64,000 bases of DNA from Candidatus Eiseniibacteriota bacterium (GCA_026388185.1 JAPLKG010000003.1:22871-86870), one strand, 5' to 3'. Counted from the first letter of the stretch, positions 38,330-48,644 are shown. The notes: generated by a model not told the origin, from the sequence alone. Program-made: numbers and translations.

Positions 38330-39679
38330 TCACTGCTTCGAGGCGATTTCCCGCATTGTGATGCAACCGTGGACGGGACAGACGAGGGAGCAGAGGTTGC
38401 ATCCCACACACTGAGTTTGGTCCACCCAGGGGACTCTGTAGCCCGTTCTCGCTGTAGATACGGAGTGGGCTCTTCTTCTCGACGAGTCCGCACTCCCAGG
38501 CGACGCCGTTTCGGTTGCGGCCGCCAATCGTTCCGTTATGATCGGACGGCGCGGCGCCAAGTGGCCGGGCGTCAACGCGTCTTCCGGAAGGTGTATTGCG
38601 CTGTGACCTCCGTCCCTGCATGAGACGTAGCAGACCTGGCAACCGATGCAGGTGTCGGGGTCAATGTCGGCCGCCACTTTGTAGCCCAACTCGAGTTCCC
38701 CCCACTCCCCCACGGTCCTTGCGACACGACCGATCAGTTCGTTGACCGAGGTCATTTCCTTTTCGTCGAGGTAGTTCGAGAGGCCTTCGACGAGGTCTTC
38801 GATGATTCGGAATCCGTGATGCATGACCGCCGTGCAGATCTGGACGCTGGTCGAGCCGAGGGCAATGAATTCTGCCGCGTCCCGCCACGTGTTTATTCCG
38901 CCGATTCCGGAGATGGGAACGCTTATTCTTGGGTCGCGCGCGAGCGCACTCACCATGTGAAGCGCTATGGGCTTCACGGCGGGGCCGGAGTATCCCCCGG
39001 GGGTACCGCGACCGGCCACGGAGGGGACTGGCACAAGCCTGTCCAAGTCAACGCCGATCATGCTTCTCACGGTGTTGATGAGAACAAGCCCGTCGGCTCC
39101 GGCCTCAACTGCGGCAGTCGCAGGTTCTCTTATGTCTGTGATATTCGGAGTGAGCTTGACCAGCACAGGAACTCTTGCCGCTTTCTTGACCCACGAAGTG
39201 ATCTTGCGCACGACCGCGGGCTCCTGCCCGACGGCGGAGCCCATGCCGCGTTCGCACATCCCGTGAGGGCACCCGAAGTTGAGCTCGAGGCCGTCGGCTC
39301 CCGCGTCTTCGGAGCGCCGGACCATGTCGTGCCACTCCTTCTCGGAGTCAAGCATGAGAGAGGCAACGACCGCTCTGTCTGGGAAACGCTTCTTCACTTC
39401 CGCGATCTCTCTGAAATTCGTCTCGATCGGCCTGTCGCTTATGAGCTCGATGTTGCTCAGGCCGACCATCCTGCGATCGGCTTCGTCCAAGCCTCCGAGC
39501 CTGCTCGAAACGTTCACGATGGGTCGACCGATGGTCTTCCACACCGCGCCCCCCCAACCCATTTCGAAGGCTCGCGCGACTTGCTCGCCGGTGTTTGTGG
39601 GCGGCCCGGACGCGAGCCAGAACGGATTGGGACTCTTTATGCCTGCGAAGTTGATGGAGAGATTCGCCATGGACTGCAA
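38330..39679 (-). CDS. preA: NAD-dependent dihydropyrimidine dehydrogenase subunit PreA (DHOD-like TIM barrel plus 2x[4Fe-4S] ferredoxin)
   Basis: FAGIKSPNPFWLASGPPTN... is dihydroorotate-dehydrogenase-like. The C-terminal CIGCQVC and CVGCNLCSLVCP are ferredoxin motifs. Confidence 0.8.
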   Translation of the reverse strand: MQSMANLSINFAGIKSPNPFWLASGPPTNTGEQVARAFEMGWGGAVWKTIGRPIVNVSSRLGGLDEADRRMVGLSNIELISDRPIETNFREIAEVKKRFPDRAVVASLMLDSEKEWHDMVRRSEDAGADGLELNFGCPHGMCERGMGSAVGQEPAVVRKITSWVKKAARVPVLVKLTPNITDIREPATAAVEAGADGLVLINTVRSMIGVDLDRLVPVPSVAGRGTPGGYSGPAVKPIALHMVSALARDPRISVPISGIGGINTWRDAAEFIALGSTSVQICTAVMHHGFRIIEDLVEGLSNYLDEKEMTSVNELIGRVARTVGEWGELELGYKVAADIDPDTCIGCQVCYVSCRDGGHSAIHLPEDALTPGHLAPRRPIITERLAAATETASPGSADSSRRRAHSVSTARTGYRVPWVDQTQCVGCNLCSLVCPVHGCITMREIASKQ

Positions 39680-40993
39680 CTAGCCTTTCAACGTCTTGTC
39701 GATCTCTATGGCCGCACGCTTTCCATCGGCGACGGCATTCACGACTTCCTTCCCGCCGTTTACGCAATCGCCTCCCGCGAAAATCCTGGGATTGCCCGTG
39801 CGACCGGTCTTCTCGTCTACGATGACGCGTCCGTTCGAATCACATTTCACGCCAGGAAACTTGGAAACAACGCCTGCTTCTCCCGCCTGGCCGATCGCGA
39901 TGACGACCATCTGCGCCTCGAATTCGCGTTCCGTGCCGGGAACGGGGCGCGCCTTCTCTGCGCGCGCCACAACGAGCCCCTTCAGTCGTCCTTTTTCCTC
40001 GAGTATTCGAACGGGCAAAGTCTTCTCGATGAATCGCACGCCCGCCGCCCTAGCGGCCTTGAGCTCGTGTGCGTAACCAGGCATCTCACTCTCGGTGCGC
40101 CTGTAAAGTATGCTGACGTCCGCGACACCCAAGTGCGCGAGTTCCCTTGCGACGTCGGTGGCCGTGTTCCCGCCTCCAATGACGGCGGCGCTCTCCAGTC
40201 CGTCAAGGCTAAGGCTCGCGTCGAGCTTGATTCTTTCGATCATTTCGATCGCGCTGAGAACGCCGGGGACATTCTCGCCGGGTATGCCGAGTGAGCTGTC
40301 TTTGCCCATCCCCACACCTACGAAAACCGCGTCGTATTCCGTGACAAGGCGCTCGCAGGACACGTCTTTGCCTATTTCAACACCGGTCCTCAGCTCGATT
40401 CCCGACGAGAGAATCCACTCGGTCTCCCGCAGGCAGTCGTGAGCGTGCATCTTGTAAGGCGCGATGCCGGACAAGTTGAGCCCGCCAGGAACGGCGCGTT
40501 TCTCAAAAATGACGGACTCGTGCCCCAGTCCGACTAGATGGAAGGAACATGCAAGCGACGCGGGACCCGATCCCACGAGAGCGATCTTCCGTCCGGTGCG
40601 CTTCGCGAGAGGCCTTCCGAAAAAGCTCGTCCCAACGAACGGCTCCGTTGCATAACGCTGAAGACGACCTATCTCGATGGGGGGCCGATACTGAAGGCTC
40701 AGAACGCACGCGCCGGCACACAGGACGTCGACCGGACACACCCTCGCACAGGAAAATCCGAGCACGTTGGCTTCCAGAATCGTCCTCGCCGCACCCTTCA
40801 GGTTTCCGGTTGCAATCTTTCTCACGAAACCCGGTACGTCAATCCGCGTAGGACAAGCTTTCGTGCAAGGAGCGTCGTAGCAATACAGGCAGCGCTGAGC
40901 CTCGGCGAGCGCCTCGGCGCGAGAATAGAGCGCCTTTAAATCTGCGAAGACGAGTTCCGTTCTCTGAGAACGAAGCTGGAAACGATCGCTCAT
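39680..40993 (-). CDS. preT: Dihydropyrimidine dehydrogenase subunit PreT (GltD-like FAD/NAD(P) oxidoreductase)
   Basis: It has N-terminal Fe-S cysteines (CLYCYDAPCTKACP, CARVCP) and two Rossmann motifs (VGSGPASLACS, IGGGNTATD). It is adjacent to PreA. Confidence 0.8.
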   Translation of the reverse strand: MSDRFQLRSQRTELVFADLKALYSRAEALAEAQRCLYCYDAPCTKACPTRIDVPGFVRKIATGNLKGAARTILEANVLGFSCARVCPVDVLCAGACVLSLQYRPPIEIGRLQRYATEPFVGTSFFGRPLAKRTGRKIALVGSGPASLACSFHLVGLGHESVIFEKRAVPGGLNLSGIAPYKMHAHDCLRETEWILSSGIELRTGVEIGKDVSCERLVTEYDAVFVGVGMGKDSSLGIPGENVPGVLSAIEMIERIKLDASLSLDGLESAAVIGGGNTATDVARELAHLGVADVSILYRRTESEMPGYAHELKAARAAGVRFIEKTLPVRILEEKGRLKGLVVARAEKARPVPGTEREFEAQMVVIAIGQAGEAGVVSKFPGVKCDSNGRVIVDEKTGRTGNPRIFAGGDCVNGGKEVVNAVADGKRAAIEIDKTLKG

Positions 40994-41002
40994 CGGCCTG
41001 CC

Positions 41003-42343
41003 TTAACCTGTTTTCATCGCCGCAAACGCCTCACCCAGAATCTCGATCGCCTCTTCCACCTCCTCCTTAGACACCGTCATTGGCGGAGAAATGCGGATGG
41101 CGTTGCCGTAGAGTCCGCCCTTGCCGATGAGCAAGCCGCGCTTCTTCGTTTCTTCGAACAGCTCGAGCGTTGCTTTGGTGTTCGGAGTCCTGTCCTTCTT
41201 GCTCTCGTCCTCCACAAGTTCTATCGCCTGCATCAGACCCATGCCGCGCACGTCACCGATGACTCGCGGATGCTTGTCCTTGAGGCGCACCAGGCCGGAC
41301 CGCAGCACGGCGCCGACCTGCTCGACGTGAGCGGCCAATTTCTCTTCGCGGATGACCGCCAGCGTGGCGTTTGCAGCGGCGCACGAGACCGGGTTACCGC
41401 CGAACGTGGAAATCGTGAGACCCTTGAGAGAATCCGCCACCGCGGGAATCGCGGTCGTCACGCCGAGAGGAAATCCGTTGGCCACTCCCTTCGCCATCGT
41501 CATTATCTCCGGTAGAACGCCGTAGTGCTCGATGCCGAACATTTTTCCGCCCGTTCGCCCGAACCCCGTCTGGACTTCATCACAAATGAAGACGCCGCCG
41601 TAGCGCCTCACGATCTCGACGGCGATCTTGAAGTACTCTTTCGGGGGAGTCACAAATCCACCCACACCTTGGATCGGCTCCGCCAGGAATCCCGCGATCT
41701 GCCCGACGGTGGTCGTGCGTATCAATTCCTCGATGTCGCGGGCACATTTCATGTCGCACGAAGGGTAGTTCAATCCAAACGCGCACCTGTAACAGTACGG
41801 AGAGACGGCGTGCTTTATGGCGCCCACCTGGGTGGGCAGGACTCTCCACGGCGCGTGGGCCGTGAGTGCCTGGGCAAGCATGGACCTGCCGGAATACCCG
41901 TGGCGTAAAGCTACGATTTCCTGGCGCCCCGTGTAGACCTGGGCCAGCATGACGGCGGTTTCGTCCGCCTCCGTTCCGGAAGCGGTGAAGAAAGATTTCT
42001 TGAGCTCTCCCGGCGTGATCGCGGCGATCGTCTCTGCGAGCTCGACGGCGGGAATCGTCTGGTACAGGGTAGAAGTGTGCACCAGCTTGTCGATCTGCTC
42101 TTTCGCCGCGGCGGATACGCGCGGATGCGCGTGCCCGATCGAGACGGTCAGAATTCCTCCGAAGAAGTCGAGATACTCCGTTCCTTCCACGTCGGTGACG
42201 TGCCTGCCCTTTCCCTCGACGAGCACGAGAGGGTCCTTGTAGTAAGTGATTACGCTCGGGAAGAGGAACTGTTTTTGTTTCTCGTGTATGTTCTGCGCGC
42301 TGCCCACGATTCCGCTACCCGCTCCCTGCTTCTGTTGTGCCAT
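41003..42343 (-). CDS. Class-III (omega) aminotransferase, likely beta-alanine / 4-aminobutyrate aminotransferase
   Basis: The PLP fold-type-I class-III pattern is present (FICDEVQTGFGRTGGKMFGIEHYGVLPEIMTMAK). The gene sits inside the pyrimidine reductive catabolism cluster. Confidence 0.8.
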   Translation of the reverse strand: MAQQKQGAGSGIVGSAQNIHEKQKQFLFPSVITYYKDPLVLVEGKGRHVTDVEGTEYLDFFGGILTVSIGHAHPRVSAAAKEQIDKLVHTSTLYQTIPAVELAETIAAITPGELKKSFFTASGTEADETAVMLAQVYTGRQEIVALRHGYSGRSMLAQALTAHAPWRVLPTQVGAIKHAVSPYCYRCAFGLNYPSCDMKCARDIEELIRTTTVGQIAGFLAEPIQGVGGFVTPPKEYFKIAVEIVRRYGGVFICDEVQTGFGRTGGKMFGIEHYGVLPEIMTMAKGVANGFPLGVTTAIPAVADSLKGLTISTFGGNPVSCAAANATLAVIREEKLAAHVEQVGAVLRSGLVRLKDKHPRVIGDVRGMGLMQAIELVEDESKKDRTPNTKATLELFEETKKRGLLIGKGGLYGNAIRISPPMTVSKEEVEEAIEILGEAFAAMKTG

Positions 42344-42382
42344 TTCAAACCTCCGTTACGAACCGAATGTAGGTTTTCACCA

Positions 42383-43762
42383 TCACCTCACGGGTCTCTT
42401 CATGAATCGACCGGCTCCCCTATCAACCTTCAGGCCGGCCTCGGAGAAGGCGACCCTGCCACCGAGAATGACTCGTGCAACGCGTCCTTTGACGGCGAAG
42501 CCTTCGTAAATGTTGCGGTCACACCTCTGGTGGTGAGTAGAGGCGGAAATCCTGGTCTCGCCCGACGGATCGTAGACGACGATGTCCGCGTCCGCCCCGA
42601 CCAAGAGAGAACCCTTGCGCGGATAGAGACCGAATATCTTTGCCGGTCGCGTCGAGACGAGATCTACAAAGCGATTCAGATCGATCTTGCCCGCGCATAC
42701 TCCGTAAGAATAGAGAAGCGCCAGCCTGTCCTCGACGCCGGCGGCGCCGTTTGGAATCTTCGTGAAATCGTTTCTTCCCATCTCCTTCTGACCTTTGAGA
42801 TTGAAGGGACAGTGGTCGGTGCCGACGGTGTCGATTATGCGCGCTTGAATGCCTCCCCAAAGTGCGTCTTGATGCCCCTTCGGCCTGATCGGAGGGGACA
42901 TGACGTAAGCCGCTCCCTCGAAATTCGGTTTCTTGTAAACCTCGTCGTCAAGAAGCAGGTATTGAGGGCAGGTTTCGCCGTACACCTCCTGGCCTCTGAG
43001 CTTTGCTTCGGTCACCGCCTCCAGCGCTTCGCGGCAGGTCATGTGAACGACGTAGAGCTTCTGCCCAACGGCACGGCCGATCATTATGGCGCGATGGGTG
43101 GCCTCACCCTCGACAAAGCTGGGCCTCGAGATGGGATGATAATACGGCTCGGTCTTGCCTTCGCAGATGAGTCTCCTCTGGAGGTTGGCGACGACGTCTC
43201 CGTGCTCGGCGTGGATCATGGTCAAGCCTCCCGCCATGCGGGTGAAGCTCATGATCTTGAATAGCTCGTCATCATCCACGCCGATGGCGCCCTTGTAAGC
43301 CATGAAGCTCTTGAACGAAGTTATGCCCTCGTCCCGCACGCAACTTGCGATTTCCTCGCCGGTCTTCTCTCCGAACCAGGTGACGGCCATGTGCAACGCG
43401 TAATCGCTCACCGCCTTCTGGGCCCTTCCCATCCAGACTTTGAGACCTTCGTGAAGCGACTGGCCGCGGCCGGGAATGGCCACGTCGATGATTGTCGTCG
43501 TTCCGCCGGCGACCGCTGCCGCGCTTCCGGTCTCGAAATCGTCGGAAGATTCGGTTCCCATGAACGGGAGTTCCATGTGGACATGAGGGTCGACACCTCC
43601 GGGAAAGACAAGCGCTCCCGACGCATCGACGACGTCGTCCTTCGCGCTCCGCTTCTCGATGGACGGACCGATGGCGGCTATCTTCCCGTTCTCACAGTAG
43701 ATGTCTCCGACGAAACGCTCGGCGGCAGTAGCGATTTCGCCATTCTTTATGAGAAGACCCAT
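42383..43762 (-). CDS. Dihydropyrimidinase / D-hydantoinase (cyclic amidohydrolase)
   Basis: GGVDPHVHMELPFMG is the metal-binding HxH of the amidohydrolase fold. The N-terminus is MGLLIKNGEIATA, the length is about 459 aa, and the carboxylated Lys region is present. Confidence 0.85.
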   Translation of the reverse strand: MGLLIKNGEIATAAERFVGDIYCENGKIAAIGPSIEKRSAKDDVVDASGALVFPGGVDPHVHMELPFMGTESSDDFETGSAAAVAGGTTTIIDVAIPGRGQSLHEGLKVWMGRAQKAVSDYALHMAVTWFGEKTGEEIASCVRDEGITSFKSFMAYKGAIGVDDDELFKIMSFTRMAGGLTMIHAEHGDVVANLQRRLICEGKTEPYYHPISRPSFVEGEATHRAIMIGRAVGQKLYVVHMTCREALEAVTEAKLRGQEVYGETCPQYLLLDDEVYKKPNFEGAAYVMSPPIRPKGHQDALWGGIQARIIDTVGTDHCPFNLKGQKEMGRNDFTKIPNGAAGVEDRLALLYSYGVCAGKIDLNRFVDLVSTRPAKIFGLYPRKGSLLVGADADIVVYDPSGETRISASTHHQRCDRNIYEGFAVKGRVARVILGGRVAFSEAGLKVDRGAGRFMKRPVR

Positions 43763-43814
43763 TTGGACACTTCCTTTCCGAGATTCACGCGGCTGGCCGC
43801 AAAACCGGCAATCC

Positions 43815-45269
43815 CTAGAACCAGCGCGATATGATGACCCGTTTGTCTGTGAAAAACTCTATGGAATCGCGTCCGTGCGCCTTGAGATCTCCGAAGAACG
43901 AACCCTTCGATCCGCCGAACGTAAAGAACGCCATCGGAGCGGCGATGCCGATGTTTATCCCGATCATGCTTATTCCAACGTTGTACGCGAATTTTCTCGC
44001 GTGACCGCCATTCTGCGTGAATATGGAGGTCGCGTTTCCAAACTCCGACCGAGAGATCATATCGAGGGCTTCCTGGAGCGATTTGGCCCGCATGAGGCAC
44101 ACAACCGGTCCAAAGATCTCTTCCTTCGCGATCGACATGGAGGGAGTGACTTTCTCAAACACGGTCGGCCCGACAAAGTAACCCTTGGGACAATCCGCGA
44201 CCTTGCATCCCCTGCCGTCAAGAAGAAGCTTTGCGCCTTCGCGCACCGCAGAGTCAATGTGGGCCACGATCTTGTCTCTGTGCTTCTTCGAGATGACGGG
44301 GCCCATCGTCGTCTTCTCGTCGAGTCCGTTCCCCACGACGATCTTTCGTGCCGCCCGGAGAAACTTCTCTTTGAAGGCTTCATACACGTCTCCGACAGCC
44401 ACTATGAGACTCCCGGCCAGGCAACGTTCTCCGGCGCATCCGAAACAGGAATCAATGAGTGTCGCGACGGTATTGTCAAGGTCGGCATCGGGCATCACGA
44501 CGAGAAAATTCTTTGCCCCACCGAGCGCCTGGACGCGCTTGCCGTGTAGAGAAGCGGTAGAATAGACGTAGCGAGCCACGGGGCTCGACCCCACGAAGGA
44601 GATGCCGCACACATCCGGATGTTCAAGAAGCGCATCGACCGCCTCCTTCGCTCCGTTCACGAGGTTCACCACTCCCGGCGGAAAGCCGACGTCGTGCATG
44701 AGCTCGAAGATGCGGTTCTGACAAAGCGGGGTCTGCTCCGACGGCTTCACGACGAACGTGTTGCCGCAGGCCATGGCGTAAGGAAAGAACCAGAGGGGCA
44801 CCATTGCGGGAAAATTGAAGGGCGTCACGCAAGCGAACACGCCGAGAGGCTGCCGCATGGCCACGCAGTCGATATCCTTGGCAATATCTTCCAGGCTGTA
44901 GCCCATCATGAGAGACGGAATCCCCGCGGCGACTTCGACGTTCTCGATTGCCCTGCGCACGCTGCCACGCGCTTCCGGCAGGGTTTTTCCGTTTTCTTTC
45001 ACAAGAAGCCGCGAGATGTCCTCGAAGTTCTCTTCGAATAGGTTCTTGAACTTGAAAAAGTAACGGGCACGAACCAGGGGCGGAGTCTCTCTCCACTGCG
45101 AAAACGCTTTCCGGGCAAGAGAGACGGCTTTGTTGACCTCTTCCCGCGTCGAGAGAGGAACGCGCGCAATAATCTCGTCCGTGGCCGGATTTCTTACGTC
45201 GAGCGCCTTCGTGGACTTTGAGCTGACCCACTTTCCTCCGACGTAGTTGCGAATGGTTTCGATTGGCAT
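43815..45269 (-). CDS. mmsA: Methylmalonate/malonate-semialdehyde dehydrogenase (CoA-acylating)
   Basis: It starts MPIETIRNYVGGKWV... It has the ALDH catalytic Cys (FGCAGERC) and Glu motifs. An AGAGG RBS precedes the Met. The ORF track's upstream extension probably does not belong to the gene. Confidence 0.85.
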   Translation of the reverse strand: MPIETIRNYVGGKWVSSKSTKALDVRNPATDEIIARVPLSTREEVNKAVSLARKAFSQWRETPPLVRARYFFKFKNLFEENFEDISRLLVKENGKTLPEARGSVRRAIENVEVAAGIPSLMMGYSLEDIAKDIDCVAMRQPLGVFACVTPFNFPAMVPLWFFPYAMACGNTFVVKPSEQTPLCQNRIFELMHDVGFPPGVVNLVNGAKEAVDALLEHPDVCGISFVGSSPVARYVYSTASLHGKRVQALGGAKNFLVVMPDADLDNTVATLIDSCFGCAGERCLAGSLIVAVGDVYEAFKEKFLRAARKIVVGNGLDEKTTMGPVISKKHRDKIVAHIDSAVREGAKLLLDGRGCKVADCPKGYFVGPTVFEKVTPSMSIAKEEIFGPVVCLMRAKSLQEALDMISRSEFGNATSIFTQNGGHARKFAYNVGISMIGINIGIAAPMAFFTFGGSKGSFFGDLKAHGRDSIEFFTDKRVIISRWF

Positions 45270-45972
45270 TTTTACCTCTTTCTTGGAATCTGCCCTTGCC
45301 GGTCCTAGATCGCTCTGACTGGCGCGGAATCCATCCTTGCCGGCGTACGGTTTGCAAGAAGCGGCCCCAGAAAGGGCCGACCTCATCTTTCATGCTAAGT
45401 TGGTCGTCCTCTGAAGTCAAGACCGAACATGTGGATAGCTGTCTGAAGCGCACGGCCACTAGCGAACCGGTGCAAAGTCAGTGCCGCCCAGGATCGAACT
45501 TATGGATGGCGTAGGTTATCGCAAGATTGTTATTGACTTACGAGGTCAAGGTGTCGTATAATCGCGGTCGCTTGCGGGTCACAAATGACTGGCCCTGTGC
45601 GCCTGGGGAGCACCCTGTAGAGATCGCGTAAGCGGCTGACGCATTCCGCAGCAGCCGTGTGTCGCCAACCTCCGTTACTGGCGCGTAGCTCTCTGCTCCC
45701 GCTGGTGTAGCTTCCTCGAATTCTCACGCGACTGTGTAATGCCCTGTCACAGGAGGAGGCTTCCGTCTTGCCTGCACACAGTTCCGGGATACCTGCGCAA
45801 TTTGGACAACAGATCGACAATCGACTTCAACGCGCTTTCCGTCTGGCATTCGTTTCTGCGAGGGAGGTGATCCGGCGTAGAGGAAAATGCTTCAGTTTTC
45901 GCCGCGTGTTGTATCACATCACTCTAACAGTGCGTACGAATCCGGGATTTCATGGATTCGGGAGGTCAAATC

Positions 45973-47169
45973 ATGAAGGGAAGAACCTTGGTGACGGGGA
46001 TTCTGGGGTTGGCCCTGCTGCTATTTTCTTTTCCGGCGTCGGCGCAGCCAATGGCCGACTATGGGGATGCGCCTGATCCGGCGTTCCCGTCGCTCTTCGC
46101 CAGCAGCGGCCCCCGGCACACGAATGTAGGGGATTGCTTTGTTGGGTGGACGTCAACAACGGAGCCAAACGCCCTGATTCCGGACCTGGACGCCGATGAC
46201 GGCGCCCCGCTGATATTCGCAAACTACACACCCTCGGGCTGGACGGCGTGGGTCTACGTGCCGATCACGATCGCCCAAGGCGCTCAGGCGAAGCCCCGTT
46301 ACTTGAACGTCCTTCTTGACGCGAATTCCAGCGGAAGCTGGTGCGACGTACCTGGAGAGTGGATTGTCCGCAATTTCCCACTTCCGACAACATACTACTA
46401 TGTCCACTTTCCCGGGCAAACGGTGTGGTACTGCATAGGCGGCTACACCGGCGTGGCTAACTACAGTGGCATGCACTGGCTGCGTGTCACGCTCAGTGAC
46501 GCGATGGTCACCCCCGATCTCCCGATGATGGGATGGAGTGGGCGCGTCTCGAGCAGTTTCCTAATCGGTGAGACCGAGGACTGGCTGCTTCAGTGGTACT
46601 ACAATCCTCCTAAACCACCGGACCCACCCAATCCTCCGCCCAACACGGGCATACCGCCACTCCCGGCACCGGTTCCTGAATGCAACAAGACGGGCGCCGT
46701 TTACCAGTCGCCCCCTCCGACGCACGTCGGGCACTCGGGGACTTTCGACATCGTCGTCGAGAACTCGAGCGTCAACCATCCGATGCACATAGTTGAGGGG
46801 CCGTTCGCGACTGACGTCAACGGGAGTCCGATTGATATCGGTCTGGAGAGTCTAGAAAGCACTTACCTGAACCCGGGACAAAAGGCCACCTCCCACGGGA
46901 GCTGGGATTTCGATAACCCGGGTTCTAACCAGGCATGGTGCAACTGGGACGTCGTGGTCGACCCACAGGGACAGTACATTGTCGTCGCTAACGTGGGCGA
47001 TTACGTTGACGCCACCGGCAATCAGCCGACCGGCGGCAGCTTCCAGGAATCAACACCCACCAAGGTTCCCCTGACGACTCGGACAGGGCTTGTCGTGCTT
47101 CTCGTTACGCTCGGCCTGGTTTCCGCTTATTTCATCGTGAGGAGGCGTGCCCTCGCGTCAGGAAAATAG
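45973..47169 (+). CDS. Secreted protein with a C-terminal transmembrane helix plus Arg cluster (exosortase/sortase-type sorting-signal-like)
   Basis: A GGGAGG RBS precedes the start, followed by a signal peptide (MKGRTLVTGILGLALLLFSFPASAQ). The C-terminus is ...TKVPLTTRTGLVVLLVTLGLVSAYFIVRRRALASGK. Confidence 0.55.
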   Translation: MKGRTLVTGILGLALLLFSFPASAQPMADYGDAPDPAFPSLFASSGPRHTNVGDCFVGWTSTTEPNALIPDLDADDGAPLIFANYTPSGWTAWVYVPITIAQGAQAKPRYLNVLLDANSSGSWCDVPGEWIVRNFPLPTTYYYVHFPGQTVWYCIGGYTGVANYSGMHWLRVTLSDAMVTPDLPMMGWSGRVSSSFLIGETEDWLLQWYYNPPKPPDPPNPPPNTGIPPLPAPVPECNKTGAVYQSPPPTHVGHSGTFDIVVENSSVNHPMHIVEGPFATDVNGSPIDIGLESLESTYLNPGQKATSHGSWDFDNPGSNQAWCNWDVVVDPQGQYIVVANVGDYVDATGNQPTGGSFQESTPTKVPLTTRTGLVVLLVTLGLVSAYFIVRRRALASGK

Positions 47170-47291
47170 TGATATCCTTTGACTATCGGTGAGGGAAGAA
47201 TCGATGGCGGCGGCCTCAGTTCCGCCGCCATCAGTTTTTGTGAGCTGTCGTTAGGGTTTTCTTTGCCTCTGCGTGCAGCGCATGATATTAT

Positions 47292-48623
47292 ATGTGGTTT
47301 CAGTATCGAAGCGTGAATCGCTCCCGGAACGACGGGACCCTCTACGAGTCGATAGTCTCACCGATCAACCTCCGTGAGGGCCAAACGAGAGTTCAGTTGA
47401 ATCGCCATAGCGGTGCCGCCACAAGCGACCGCCCGACGGCCTTCGGCCAAAACCAACCTGGATTGTCATTCACGCTTGGCTCCCTGCTGTGCGTCCTTCT
47501 GCTGGCGGCGCTCTCCGTTCCTCGAGATGCCGTATGCGGACTGGCATGGTCTGAGGCCGAGGTCGTGAACAAAGACGTGATGGCGGCTTTCGCGACTCCG
47601 AACAATGCCCGTTCGATCGAGGTCGATGCAGCGGGCGCGGCCCACATCGTTTTCTCCGGAAACATAGACTTTTACTACAACATTTTCTACAGACAACGCA
47701 GCCGCTCGGGCTGGGGAAGACTTGAGCAGGTAAACGTAAGCGCCTCCACGTCCACCACGCCCACCTTGGCAATCGGGCCCGGAGACGCTGTCTACGTGGT
47801 ATGGTCCGACAATGTGACCGGAAACGGCGACCTCTACTTCTCCGCTCGTCTCGGCGGCAGGTGGACAATCCCCGAGAACTTGACCGCCGATTCGACTTCT
47901 TCTCTCTTCCCCGCTCTCTGCCGAGTCGGAGGCGGAAGACTTCACTTGGTTTGGGAGGACAGGCTGGGAGAATCGTCAAGAATCCTCTATTCTTCTCGAT
48001 TCGGCTCGGAGTGGACTCTCCCCGTTTGCCTGAGCCATGCGGGACGCGGCGCGACCTCACCCGCAATAGACGTTTCGCCTGACGGAACTATTCATTGTGT
48101 CTGGACCGAAGAGGCGAAGGGAAAGAAAGAAATAGTCTACAGAGAGTTCTCAAAGAGATCTTGGAAGAAGTCCGTGCGATTGAGCGAGCCGTCGAGCTCT
48201 GCCAATAGACCCTCTCTGGCCGCAGACAAGGACGGCGGAGTCCACGTCGTCTGGGAAGACCACAGATTTCGCTTGCCCGCAATCTGCTACAGGGAAAGGA
48301 GTGCGAAACACTGGCAACAGGACGTTCTTCTCACGGACGGAAGCTCCAAGGCGTTTAGACCCGCAATCGCAACGGGACCGCGCTCGACTCTTTGTGTCGT
48401 GTGGTATGATAGTAAGTGGGGCGCCACCGACGCGGTCTACCAGAGCAGAAAAGATAGAACCTGGAGTCAACCCTTCAGGCTATCCTGCTCCCCGGCTCCC
48501 ACTTATTTCGCCTCGGTAGCTGCGGGCGACGACGGCTGCGTGCACGCGATCTTTCAGGATCGACAGAGAGGCAACTACGACGTGTATTACAGGAAGGCCG
48601 TGCCGGCAACACAAGCTGAGTGA
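47292..48623 (+). CDS. Secreted repeat protein, probably a beta-propeller (six repeats of about 45 aa, each containing [VI]-[VW]-x-[DE])
   Basis: The periodic motifs are VVWSDN, LVWEDR, CVWTEE, VVWEDH, VVWYDS and IFQDRQ. A signal-peptide-like stretch (LLCVLLLAALSV) is present. The true start is uncertain. Confidence 0.5.
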   Translation: MWFQYRSVNRSRNDGTLYESIVSPINLREGQTRVQLNRHSGAATSDRPTAFGQNQPGLSFTLGSLLCVLLLAALSVPRDAVCGLAWSEAEVVNKDVMAAFATPNNARSIEVDAAGAAHIVFSGNIDFYYNIFYRQRSRSGWGRLEQVNVSASTSTTPTLAIGPGDAVYVVWSDNVTGNGDLYFSARLGGRWTIPENLTADSTSSLFPALCRVGGGRLHLVWEDRLGESSRILYSSRFGSEWTLPVCLSHAGRGATSPAIDVSPDGTIHCVWTEEAKGKKEIVYREFSKRSWKKSVRLSEPSSSANRPSLAADKDGGVHVVWEDHRFRLPAICYRERSAKHWQQDVLLTDGSSKAFRPAIATGPRSTLCVVWYDSKWGATDAVYQSRKDRTWSQPFRLSCSPAPTYFASVAAGDDGCVHAIFQDRQRGNYDVYYRKAVPATQAE

Positions 48624-48644
48624 TTTCCACCAGGGAGGAAGAAG

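Noticed and set aside
42077-43264. 395-aa plus-strand ORF
   Set aside because: It is antisense to the dihydropyrimidinase and aminotransferase genes.
44623-45459. 278-aa minus-strand ORF, and the upstream extension of the MmsA ORF to 45386
   Set aside because: It is an out-of-frame overlap of mmsA. The mmsA start at MPIETIRNY has an AGAGG RBS, whereas the extension has no RBS and has non-protein-like composition.
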